64,000 nucleotides of DNA from Octopus sinensis (lineage: Eukaryota): positions 34,472,001-34,536,000 of the forward strand of contig NC_042998.1 in the NCBI RefSeq assembly GCF_006345805.1, given 5' to 3'. The notes beneath the pieces were generated by a model. That model had not been told where the DNA came from. It worked only from the letters and a program-made list of their open reading frames with translations, and ran no database searches. Every line of letters starts with the position of its first letter. Within the stretch, counting starts at the first letter, position 1. The position numbers and the translations under genes are program-made. Positions 50,119-61,515 of this stretch are shown piece after piece.

Positions 50119-50355
50119 TTGGTTTTGTTTACAAATCTTTGTTTTTTTTTTTGAAAACAAGCAAAAAATAAAAATTCCATTGACAATTTTTTATTGGCAT
50201 ATTTGCATGTGTGTGTGTGTGTGTGTCTGTTATTTCCTGTTATCTTTTGGTTTTGTTTACAAATCTTTTTTTTGAAAACAAGCAAGAAAAAATTATTTCA
50301 TTGACAACTATATTTTTATTGGCATATTTGCTTGTGTATGTGTGTGTGTGTGTAT
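50119..50355. repeat. Old tandem duplication of about 127 bp
   Basis: tttggttttgtttacaaatc...gaaaacaagcaa...ttttattggcatatttgc(tg)n occurs twice, with divergence. Confidence 0.7.
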
Positions 50356-50852
50356 GAATGCGTATAAACAGGAGAGTAGACAATGGTAAAGAATGTACTG
50401 CTAATCATAGACAAGCATTCAGTGGCACCAGACACTTAAAGGCAGAAAGCAATCTGCAGATAGAAGTTAGACAGTTAAAATATCCCTTACTCCCTACAGA
50501 GACTCAATGAAATGTTAACCAAGCAAGGGACACAGAAACTTGTAATATCGATGACCACTGGGAGTTGCTAGATGGCCATTTGTTGCCATTGACCCTTTGT
50601 GTGAATGCTGCATTTTCCAGAAAGGGATTAAGGGATAACATTAGGCATCTCTTTTTTTTTGTTTTTGCTCTTCTTTCTTGTTTCAGGCATTAGACTACGG
50701 CCATGCTGGGGCACTGCCTTGAAGAATTTTTAACTGAATGAGTCAACAACCTTTAGTACTTTTTTGTGTTTAAGCCTGACTCTTATTCTGTTAGTCTCTT
50801 TTCTTGAACCACTAAGTTAATAATAATACACATATATATATATATATTTATC

Positions 50853-50883
<31 letters not shown>

Positions 50884-52969
50884 GCGTACATGAACACATC
50901 AGTTGTCAAGTGGTGGTGTTGAGGTAAAACACAGACATAAAGCCACACACACACAGACAGGGTGGGTGGGTCAAAAGTCATGCACTAAAACATTTGACAT
51001 TTTATTTATGTTTTATTATTGTATATTTTGTTCCTCACATACAAATATGTCTGTATTCATCATTATTTTGTTTCTTTTATTCAATTTGAGAAAAATTGAA
51101 GCATGTCTTTGAAAATCCCAGACCGCATTGAGCTTATTTTTTGTATGACTTTTGGACCACCCTGTATATATGACATGCTTCTTTCAGTTTCCATCTACAA
51201 AATCCACTCGCAAGGCTTTAGTTGGCCAAGGCTACAGACACTTGCCCAAGGTGCCATGCAGAGGGACTGTAACCAATGTAGTTGGGGAGCAAGCTTCCTC
51301 CCAGACAGCCATGCCTGGGCCTAGAACCACATTCTTCCTCAGCTCATAACTCCTTGCCTGTTTACCCCCCTTTTTTTTTTGCTTCCTTTCTTCTCAACCA
51401 CTTCTCTTTCTCGTATGCTTTTCTTCTGATGAAGAACTTAACATCTGAAATGTTGAAGAGAAGTGAAAGAAGAACAAGAGGAAAATTGGAAAAGGAATAA
51501 ATACAATCCAACACTGGTACAGAACCACCTTTTTCTATGAGAGAAGAAATTATTGAGGCATGCTCCTATTTCTTTCTACAAGCTGAAGGAGTCTGTAATT
51601 ACTAAAAGGCAGGCTTAGTTTCTCGGAGAAATGTTACATTATAAAAAAGATTCCTTCAAAATACATGAATATTCAGAGAAATAAAAAGAAAAGTAATTTT
51701 GTACAAAACCTATTAAACCTAGTCTAATAAAATAATTGAAAGTGGTCAAGGGCTTCCCAATCACATGGTTTTGGGTTCAGTCCCACTGTGTGTCACCTAA
51801 GGTCGGTGTATTCTGCTAAAGCCTCAAGCTGTGAGAGGAGTTGTGAGTAGATTTGGTAGACAGAAACTGAAAGAAGCCCGTTATGTGTATATGTATGTGT
51901 GTGTCTGTCTGTGTTTGTCCCCTATCACCTCTTGACAACCAATGTTGGTGTGTTGTGTTTACATCCCTATAACTTAGCAGTTTGGCAAAAGAGACAAATA
52001 GAATAAATAGCGGGTTTAAAGAAAAATAAAGTACTAATGTTGATTCATGTGACTAGAAATTCCTCAAGGTGGTACCTCAGCATGGCCACAGTCTAATGAC
52101 CGAAACAAGTAAAAGATAGAAGATAAATATAAGAGTAAATGTCAGTGTCAGCATAAGACATTAAAATCTGTATGTATCAATCATTTAAGATTAATCATCA
52201 TCATCATCATCATCATTTAACGTCCACTTTCCGTGCTAGCACGGGTTGGACAGTTCGACCGGGGTCTGGGAAGCCAGGAGGCTGCACCAGGCTCCAGTCT
52301 GATCTGGCAGTGTTTCTACAGCTGGATGCCCTTCCTAACGCCAACCACTCCGTGAATGTAGTGGGTGGTTTTTTACGTGTCACCGGCACAGGTGCCAGTC
52401 AAGGCGGCGCTGGCAGCCGCCACGTTCGGATGGTGCTTTTTACGTGCCACCGGCACAGGCATCATAACTACTATTTCCATTGATATATATTTCGATGTTC
52501 ATGTATTTGACTCAATAGGTCTCCTCAAGCACAGCAAGTTGTTCGGAAATCCAAGGTACTTTGAATGGGCTGGGGCTATGCGGAACAAATCTTAATTACA
52601 ATATTCTCAGTTATTAACTAATCAATTCATTAGTTAACAAGAACCAAAAATATTCACTTAGTCATTTCTGGATTATAAGTTATTCCTTTGTTCACTTCTG
52701 TAGACTTAAGAACTGTAAAAATAACCAAAATGGAATTTAATGGAGATTGTTTAAAAAGGAAGTTAGTACGGTTCATAAAATAGTTTCTACTAATATAAAC
52801 AGTAGCTGATGCCATGTGAAAAGCACCTGTGCTGGAACCCTGTAAAAAGCACCTGTCATGGTGCCACATTAAAAGCACCCAGTACACTCTGTAAAGTGGT
52901 TGGCATTAGGAAGGACATTTAGCCATAGAAATCATCCCAAAACAGACAGCTGGAGCCTGGCATAGCTCT

Positions 52970-53150
52970 CTGATTCCAGGCAATAATAATAATAATAATA
53001 ATAATAATGATATCAAAAAAGACCTTAGGAATGAGAACCCAAGTTCGAAATTTCCCCAAGACACCTAATGAAGGCTGGAGGGTATATCAGCTGAAACTTT
53101 GTGTTAACAACAAACAAGATGGGGACAAATATCCGTCAAAATGTAAACAC
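52970..53150 (+). mobile_element. Family HH1 copy, 5'-truncated in the B box
   Basis: gattccaggca-(aat)n-...gacac-CTAATGA-aggctggagggtatatcagct-GAAAC-TTT-gtgtt (53060-53105) plus tail. Confidence 0.8.
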
Positions 53151-54675
53151 TGTACTTTTAAGGTATGTCTTATTGTTTGCTTGTTTTAAACGTAACGTTG
53201 AGGTAACAAACTTTAATAACAAACCGATAACTTTTGAATTCAGACTTCTATGTAAACCTGATTGCTCAGCTTCCCATTTTTATTTTTCTATTTCATTACG
53301 GTTAGTCAAGTTTCATCTGCTTCCTATATCACCGAAGGAAACTAAATTTCAATGGAAGAATGCATTTATAGCTTAAAGCAAACAAATTAAGACATCAAGA
53401 AATTTTGATATTGTAATAATTCAGTCGATGAACATTATCCAATATCAGATTTGGTTTTTTATCAAACATTTCAAAACTGCAAAATTAAATATGCTTTAAG
53501 ATATGAAATTAAATCTGTTTTATCCGATAGACTGACTGCAGTGTATTGCCCATAATTACTATGTGTTACTTATAGCCAAGTCTATGCTTCAACAGGAAAC
53601 TCTATCGTTGGTTATGATTTAGTTGAAGGAATGTATTACACTAAGTTTGTCAAGATATCAAGAATTCCGAAAATTACGATGGTTTGGATGCCAAACATAT
53701 TAAATCTGGAAAAGACTATATTTTCATAAATAAAATCATATGCTAAGTTATGAAAATATCAGCCTTGAATATTGTTCTGTTTGTTTGCACAGGCATGGAT
53801 GGCCATGCGGTAAAAAGTTTGCTTCCCAACCACGTGTTTCTGGGTTCAGTCCCATTGCGTAGTACCTTGGGCAAGTATCTTCTACTATAGTCTGAGGCCA
53901 ACCAAAGCCTTGTGAATGCATTTGGTAGATGGAAACTGAAAGAAACCTGCCAGATATATATGCATGTATATATTGATGTGTGTGTCTGTCTGTTTGTCTC
54001 CCATTACTGTTTGACAACCGGTGTTAATTTGTTTACTTTTCTGTAACTTAGTGGTTCGGCAAAAGAGACTGATAGAATAAGTACCAGGCTTTAAAAAAAA
54101 GTACTGATGTCAATTCATTAAGACGAAAAATTCTTTAAGGCAGTGCCCCAGCATGGCCACAGTCTAATGACTGAAACAAGAAAAAAAATCAAAGCCATGT
54201 GAGTGGATTTGGTAGACGGAAACTGAAAGAAGCCCGTCGTATATATGTATATATATATATGTGTATGTATATGTGTGTGTATGTTTGTGTGTCTGTGTTT
54301 GTCCGACCAACATCGCTTGACAACTGATGCTGGTGTGTTTACGTCCCTGTAACTTAGCGGTTTGGTAAAAGTGACTGATAGAATAAGTACTAGACTTACA
54401 AAGAATAAGTTCCGGGGTCGATTTGATCGACTAAAGGCGGTGCTCCAGCAAGGCCGCAGTCAAATGACTGAAACAAGTGAAAGAGTAAAAAGAGAGTATA
54501 CATCTATTACAAATCAAAGCAAACATTATTCCGTTTTGTAGAATAGTTGTTGTAATCTGTTAAGTTGATTATCAAAGTAAAATCGGAAGCATTTTGTAAA
54601 GGAGCATTTTATACAACAATTAAATCAGAAACATATTTCATTTTATAGATATCATAATTCCAAACATGACAATAC

Positions 54676-54857
54676 TTGTAACGGAATTGATCGGTCTGAA
54701 ATAAAACCTTCACAAGCAAATTGTTTATTATATCACACTTGTTTGTGAAACAAGTTTTGCTTGGGTGTTGTTGTGGTTGCTGCTGCTGTTGGTCTGTGGT
54801 AGTGACTAGTTGATTTGATGAATGAAAATATGATTTGTGGGCTGTGTGTAGAAGTAA
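54676..54857 (-). CDS. Candidate internal exon with poly-Gln (LLLHTAHKSY...DQQQQQPQQH...VLFQTDQFRY)
   Basis: gttgttcAG acceptor, 182 nt open, aa|GTATTG donor. Phases fit 56850-56911 upstream and 33624-33647 downstream. Confidence 0.25.
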
Positions 54858-56785
54858 CTGAACAACACCCACAAACATTTACAAACTGTGTTGGCCTTCT
54901 ATAGATCATCATCATCATCATCGTTTAACCTCCATTTTCCATGCTAGAATGGGTTGGACGATTTGACTGGGCTCTGGGAAGCCAGAAGGCTGCACCAGGC
55001 TCCAGTCTAGTTTTGCAGTGTTTCTACAGCTGGATGCCCTTCCTAATGCCAACCACTCCATGAGTGTAGTGGGTGCTTTTTACGTGCCACCGGAACAGGG
55101 CCCAGGCGAGGCTGGCAACGGCTACAATCGGTTGGTGCTTTTTACATGCCACCAGCACGGAAGACAGTCAAGGCGGCGCTGGCATTAGCCACGTTCGGAT
55201 GGTGCTTTTTACGTGCCACCGGCACAACATCCTGGGAGAGAGATACTGCTTGCAGTTGACAGCAAGCTATTGCTATGGCAACCTGTGGCTTGCCCAATAT
55301 AACTGGAAAAAATTCTGCAACGGAGGTTCTTGTTATTTACCTCTGCCATCTGTCTTAGCTGCCTTCCTAGGCTGGTAAAAATGCACCCCAAATGGTTTTT
55401 AAGGAGACTGGAAATCAAATTCTAGAATGTTTGAGAAAACATGTCCAAACCATCACTTCAGGCTGATTGGTCAGTTAACAGACCTATCACATGAAACTAT
55501 TGTGGTTTGTTCACGATGCCTGACCACATATCAACTCCAATTCTTCCATTTATTTATTTACTTTTTTTATTTGTTAAACGTATTCTCTTCAATTGTCTAC
55601 AAACACAGCCAGGCTGAAATAATTGATGCATTCTTCCAGGAGTGAATAAAAAAATTCTCAGACTTGAGGCGATGGACCCCTTAGATATTAACATGTGCCC
55701 CCATATGTGGATTCTAATGGCGCAGGGGCCAACTTGCCATCGGCAAGCTGGCAACCTGGCCATTCTGCCACTGATCAAGGGATTTGGTCTCAAATTGCTG
55801 CTACACAAGTAATGCTTGCATGCTGACCCTATCCTATTTCTACCCCTAAGCTTAGAATATTTGCAGATTATCCTCACCAGTGGAAACTAAACACATGTTG
55901 ATCATGTTGCAGATGAAAATATGGTAATCAAAGCGTTATCATAAAAATGAAAATTAAAATTTAATTTACCCTATAAAAAAAAAGATAAAATTAAAAATGA
56001 TTGTCATACATCAGGTGCAGGTGTGGCCGTGTGGTAAGAAGTTCACTTCCCAGTCACAAGTTTCTAGGTTCAGTCTCACCTTGAGCAAGTGTATTTCACT
56101 ATATCCTTGGGTCTGACCAAAGCTGTGTGAGTGGATTTGATAGACGGAAACTGAAAGAAGCCCATGATGTGTGTGTGTGTGTATGTACATGCATGCCTCT
56201 GTCTGTCTGTTTGTCCCCCACCACTGCTTGACAACTGGTGTTGGTGTGTTTGCATCCTTGCCACTTTATTTGGCCAGTAAGACCAATAGAATAAGTAACA
56301 GGCTTGAAAGATAATTAAGTCCTGAGATCAATTCGTTTGGCTTAAAATTCATCAAGGTAGTGCCCCAGCATGGCCACAGTCAAATTACTGAAACAAGTGA
56401 AAGATAAAAGATCTCTTACAATTTCTCAAGCATATAGGTGCAGGAATGGCTGTATGGTAAGAAGCATGCTTCCCAGCCACATGGTTCCAGGTTCAGTCCC
56501 ACTTCATGGCACCTTGGGCAAGTGTCTTCTACCCTGGTCTCAGGCTGACCAAAGCCTTGTGAGTGGACTTAGTAGATGGAAACTGAAAGAAACCCGTTGT
56601 ATGCATATATAAATAGATATATACATATATATATATATTTTTGTATATAGATAGATATATATGTATATATAAATATATATATATTTGCTGGGCTCAAATC
56701 TCATTTGCAGACCCATGGAAAACGAATCCCCACCAACTATTCTAGCTATATGACTCTGCACACCTTTTAATGCCATGTATGTTAG

Positions 56786-56887
56786 AAGGTCTGCAAATTC
56801 AACAGAGGCCTCAAAAGATATTTTAAGGTCCGCAATGATCAGAACTCACCTGCAGCTCTTGGTGATCCAAATCAATATGCAATCTAT
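56786..56887 (+). CDS. Candidate exon KVCKFNRGLKRYFKVRNDQNSPAALGDPNQYAIY (alternative to the overlapping minus-strand candidate)
   Basis: gttAG acceptor, 102 nt in phase 0/0, T|GTGAGT donor. Confidence 0.22.
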
Positions 56888-56911
56888 GTGAGTGTCTTTT
56901 CAAAATATTGT
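56850..56911 (-). CDS. Candidate exon NILKRHSHRLHIDLDHQELQ
   Basis: ttttaaaccAG acceptor, perfect CAG|GTGAGT donor, and one open frame. Confidence 0.25.
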
Positions 56912-57905
56912 CTGGTTTAAAATGCCACATCAGATGCTATGATAGATCTGAGGTTTAGTTACAGGAGGTGGTCAAACTCTGTATAAGGAGTAGACAACTA
57001 CCATATATATATATATATCACAGTGACCGACCAGGCTATCAGATGTTGCTACACATCGCTGGTCACAATGCGCTTTGCATTGTTTTAGCCTTCAAACGAC
57101 GCCATCCCGCTGGCTAAGCGAGCAGGCCAACAAGAAAGAGTGAGAGAAAGTTGTGGCGAAAGAGTACAGCAGGGATCGCCACCACCCCCTGCTGGAGCCT
57201 TGTAGAGCTTTAGGTGTTTTCGCTCAATAAACACTCACAACGCCCAGTCTAGGAATCGAAACCGCGATCCTACGACCGCAAGTCCGCTGCCCTAACCTCC
57301 ATATATATATATGTGTGTGTGTGTGTCTGTGTTTGTGCCCCCACCATTGCTGGACAACTGATTTTGGTGTGTTTATGTCCCTGTAACCTAGCGGTTCAGC
57401 AAAAAGACATTAATCAAATAAGTACTAAGCTTACAACAAATAAGACCTGGGGGTTGATTTATTCAACTAAAAGCCGCAGTCAAATGACTGGAACAGGCAA
57501 AAGAATTTTTGCTGCAATATGGCCGCCAAGAGAATTTATGTTCATTGCATGGCGTTATTTATGATTAGGACTTTTAATGTTGCATAGAACATGACTGAAA
57601 GTATATTGGGAGTAAAAATACAATAGTTCAAAGCAAACTATTTCCTGAAAATCACTTGAACCACATTTTTACAGTCAACGGTTGCTGAATTTACTCTGTA
57701 TCATTGGAGGATTGATTCAGGCTACAGAATGAGCTTGTTACTAGTTAAACTAAAAATATGTGAGGTCTTAATGTTATAGACTACTTATTTCATGTTGTCA
57801 ATTGTGGATTGTCATGAACATAAATATAATTTTATATTATGAATATCAATTAAATTTTACTTTCGTGTATGTGTGTATATATATGTGTGTGTGTGTGTAT
57901 GTATG

Positions 57906-57945
<40 letters not shown>

Positions 57946-58342
57946 CATACATATACATACATATACACACACATAAAAAACACCCACTACACTCACGGAG
58001 TGGTTGGCGTTAGGAAGGGCATCCAGCCGTAGAAACACTGCCAGATCTGACTGGGCCTGATGAAGCCTTCCAGCTTCACAGACCCCAGTTGAACCGTCCA
58101 ACCCATGCTAGCATGGAAAGCGGACGCTAAATGATGATGATGATGATATATACCCTCTTTATAATGTTGGCAAATGGAATAAGTATAAGATGTGCATTCT
58201 CTATTTAATGAAAAAATTCTATTTGTGACTGAAGATTGCTCTACATTTTAAAACTGATGTAATACTTACATTGTTTAATAAAATGAAGTAGCATGAAACG
58301 ATTGTACTACACTACTTTAGATATCTTGTTGCTTATTCTGAT

Positions 58343-58378
<36 letters not shown>

Positions 58379-58879
58379 ATATATATAAATTTAAAGAAAA
58401 CAGAAAATGGAGAAGTACTGATGAATAACAATTGACTTGACTTATATCAATTATTATTTATTAATTCAATGTAAATAGACTGCATCCCATCTAACAGCTG
58501 TTTCTGCTTCCAATGTTATATGGTATTGCCAATGATATGTAAAAATATTAATCGTAAAAAGCACTATCCGAATCGTGGCCGATGCCAGCGCTGCCTCGAC
58601 TGGCTTCCGTGCAGGTGGCACGTAAAATGCACCCACTACACTCACGGAGTGGTTGGCGTTAGGAAGGGCATCCAGCTGTAGAAACATTGCCAGATAAGAC
58701 CGGAGCCTGGTGCAGCCTCCTGGCTTCCCAGATCCCCGGTCGAACCGTCCAACCCATGCTGGCATGGAGAACAGACGTTAAACGATGATTTGGCAATAAA
58801 ACTGATCTGAAACAAGGATCTTCATTAAAGGGTAAAGATGAATATGGCTGTAATCATACCATTTTTGCTCGTGTGTCTC

Positions 58880-59215
58880 TTTGGGCTGTTAAATAAATCT
58901 GTATATGTATATATTACGGAGATATACTTGCATTGCAAGTGACCTGATCTGAGATCGTGTGCTGGAAAGAAAACAATTGCTGCATGGAAGGTATTTATAA
59001 GCCATTTAAGAAACACACAAACCGTTAGATTCACTTCCATATTTAAATTTAATTTGCCAAAATATTTCCATTGCTTTGAGACCGTGACCGGTTCACTGAC
59101 AAATTTCCATGCAGCACGGAATTTTGTCAGTGAACAGATCGCGGTCCCAAAATGAAGAAAATATTTTGACAAATTAAATTTAAACAAATTAAATTTAAAC
59201 ATAACACACCATTTG
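58880..59215. mobile_element. Interspersed element containing a long hairpin (59044-59180)
   Basis: aaatttaatttgccaaaatatttc...gttcactgacaaatttcc / ggaattttgtcagtgaac...gaaaatattttgacaaattaaattt. Confidence 0.6.
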
Positions 59216-59612
59216 GTATACATGTGTCTATATACATAAACGTATTAGAAGGTTTGGAGGTGATGTACAGGTATTATATATCAGGAAAAAAAATAAGGTA
59301 CTCAGAAATCTGGATGGTTGTACATTTACAGATTTTTATTAATATGTCACATGTTTTTATATATCATATATTAGCGCTTGCAGTACATATACATATACAC
59401 ACACACGCATACACATATTTGTTTGTGTATATATGTGTGCATATATATATATGTATGCATGTACGTGTATATATGTATGTATACATGTGTGTCTGTGTAT
59501 CATCATTGTCATCATCATCATCATTATTTAAATGTCTGTTTTCCCTGCTGGCTTGAGTTAAACAATTTGATGGGAACTGGCCAGCTACTTACCAAACAGC
59601 GATTCCTACGCC

Positions 59613-59643
<31 letters not shown>

Positions 59644-59917
59644 CATCATGATGATCATCATCATCGTTTAATGTCTGCTTTCCATGCTAGCATGGGTTGG
59701 ACGGTTCGACCGGGGTCTGGTAAGCCATGGAGGCTGCGCCAGGCTCCAGTCAGATCTGGCAGTGTTTCTACAGCTGGATGCCCTTCCTAACGCCAACCAC
59801 TCCGTGAGTGTAGTGGGTGCTTTTTACGTGCCACCAGCACAGGGGCCAGGGGAGGCTGGCTAATGGCCACAATCGGTTGGTGCTTTTACATGTCACCAAC
59901 ACGGATGCCAGTCAGGC

Positions 59918-60075
59918 GCTGGTAGAATTTTGAACTCAGGAATGAGAACCCAGGGTTGGGTTCAAAATTCTACCAGGACACATGGTGAAGGCTGGAGAGC
60001 AAATCAGGCAAAACATTGTGGTAACGACAAACAAGATGAGGACACATATCCATCCATCAAATGTAAATAATGTAA
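59918..60075 (+). mobile_element. Old family HH1 copy with a 20-bp inverted duplication at its 5' truncation
   Basis: ctggtagaattttgaac...gttcaaaattctaccag, then decayed gacacATGGTGAaggctgg...CAAAACATTgtgg and tail. Confidence 0.6.
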
Positions 60076-61515
60076 ATATTTTCTGGAACCAGTGAAATCA
60101 AATGAATTTCTCTTTGCTTCAAAACAACAGCACTATCATATATATTTATATAATATTTCTCCTCTTAACAAAAGTATGTTTTTTTTCAGTTGTGAAACAG
60201 TACCTTTTATGTGGGTCTCACTTATTCTATGTTGACTGGTTCAACAAAGAGGGTTATGGTGACATCTTCAGCTGAAACATGTTTTTCAACCTATATAAGA
60301 GCATAACTAATACAATATCACGAAATAAAATAATGACAGAATGTATTAGTCTATTAGATAAATATATCTATGTGTGCACACGTGTGTGTGTGTGTGTTTA
60401 ATCAGCCGAAAATTACAAAAGTGATTCAATGTCCAAAAGTTTCATGCTCAGCACTCGTCAAGCTCAATTCAGTTCTGAAACCTTGTTTCTTATATAAAGA
60501 GAATTTACAAATTGTTTCTGGAATGTTCAGTTTAAAATTAATACTGGATGGTCACACGAAAACTGTGCATTTTTGAATGGCCTACTCATTAAGCAGAAAG
60601 CAATCTTGAACGGACATAAAATGTTCACAAAATAGAAAATCATGTATATACTTCCACACACACATATATACGCGTGTGTATGGGTGCGTGTCTGTGTGTG
60701 TATCTATCTATCTATCTATATACATATATATATATATAGATGAATATATAGATATATGTACATATACAAATATATATATAGAGATAGATATATGTACATA
60801 TACAAATATATACATATAAATAATTACATATATGTATACATTCATATATATGTGTATATATATATGTATATATATATATCATCATCATCATCATCATCAT
60901 CGTTTAACATCCGTTTTCCGCGCTAGCACGGGTTGGACGGTTCGACCGGGGTCTGGGAAGCCAGGGGCTGCACCAGGCTCCAGTCTGATCTGGAAGTGTT
61001 TCTACAGCTGGATGCCCTTCCTAACGCCAACCACTCTGCGAGTGTAGTGGATGCTTTTTACGTGCCACCTGCACATGTGCCAGAGGGCTCTGGCATTGGC
61101 CACGATTGGTTGATGCTTTTTATGTGCCACTGGCACAGAAGCCAGTCGAGGCGATGCTGGCATCAGCCACGTTCGGATGGTGCTTTTTATGTGCCACCGG
61201 CACAGAAGCCAGTCGAGGCGGGGCTGGCATCGGCCATGTTCGGATGGTGCTTTTTATGTGCCACCGGCACAGAAGCCATTCAAGGCGGAATATATAGATA
61301 TATGTACATATACAAATATATACATATATATAATTGCATACATTCATATATATATGTGTTTATTTATATATATGTGTTTATATATATATATATATATATA
61401 TACATATATATATACATATATGTACATATACAAATATATATATACATATATGTACATATACAAATATATATATATAGATAGATAGATAGATGTACATATA
61501 TATATTTAAAATAAA

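Noticed and set aside
55230-55650. Possible mariner relic (LLWFVHDA*PH)
   Set aside because: Too degenerate to support.
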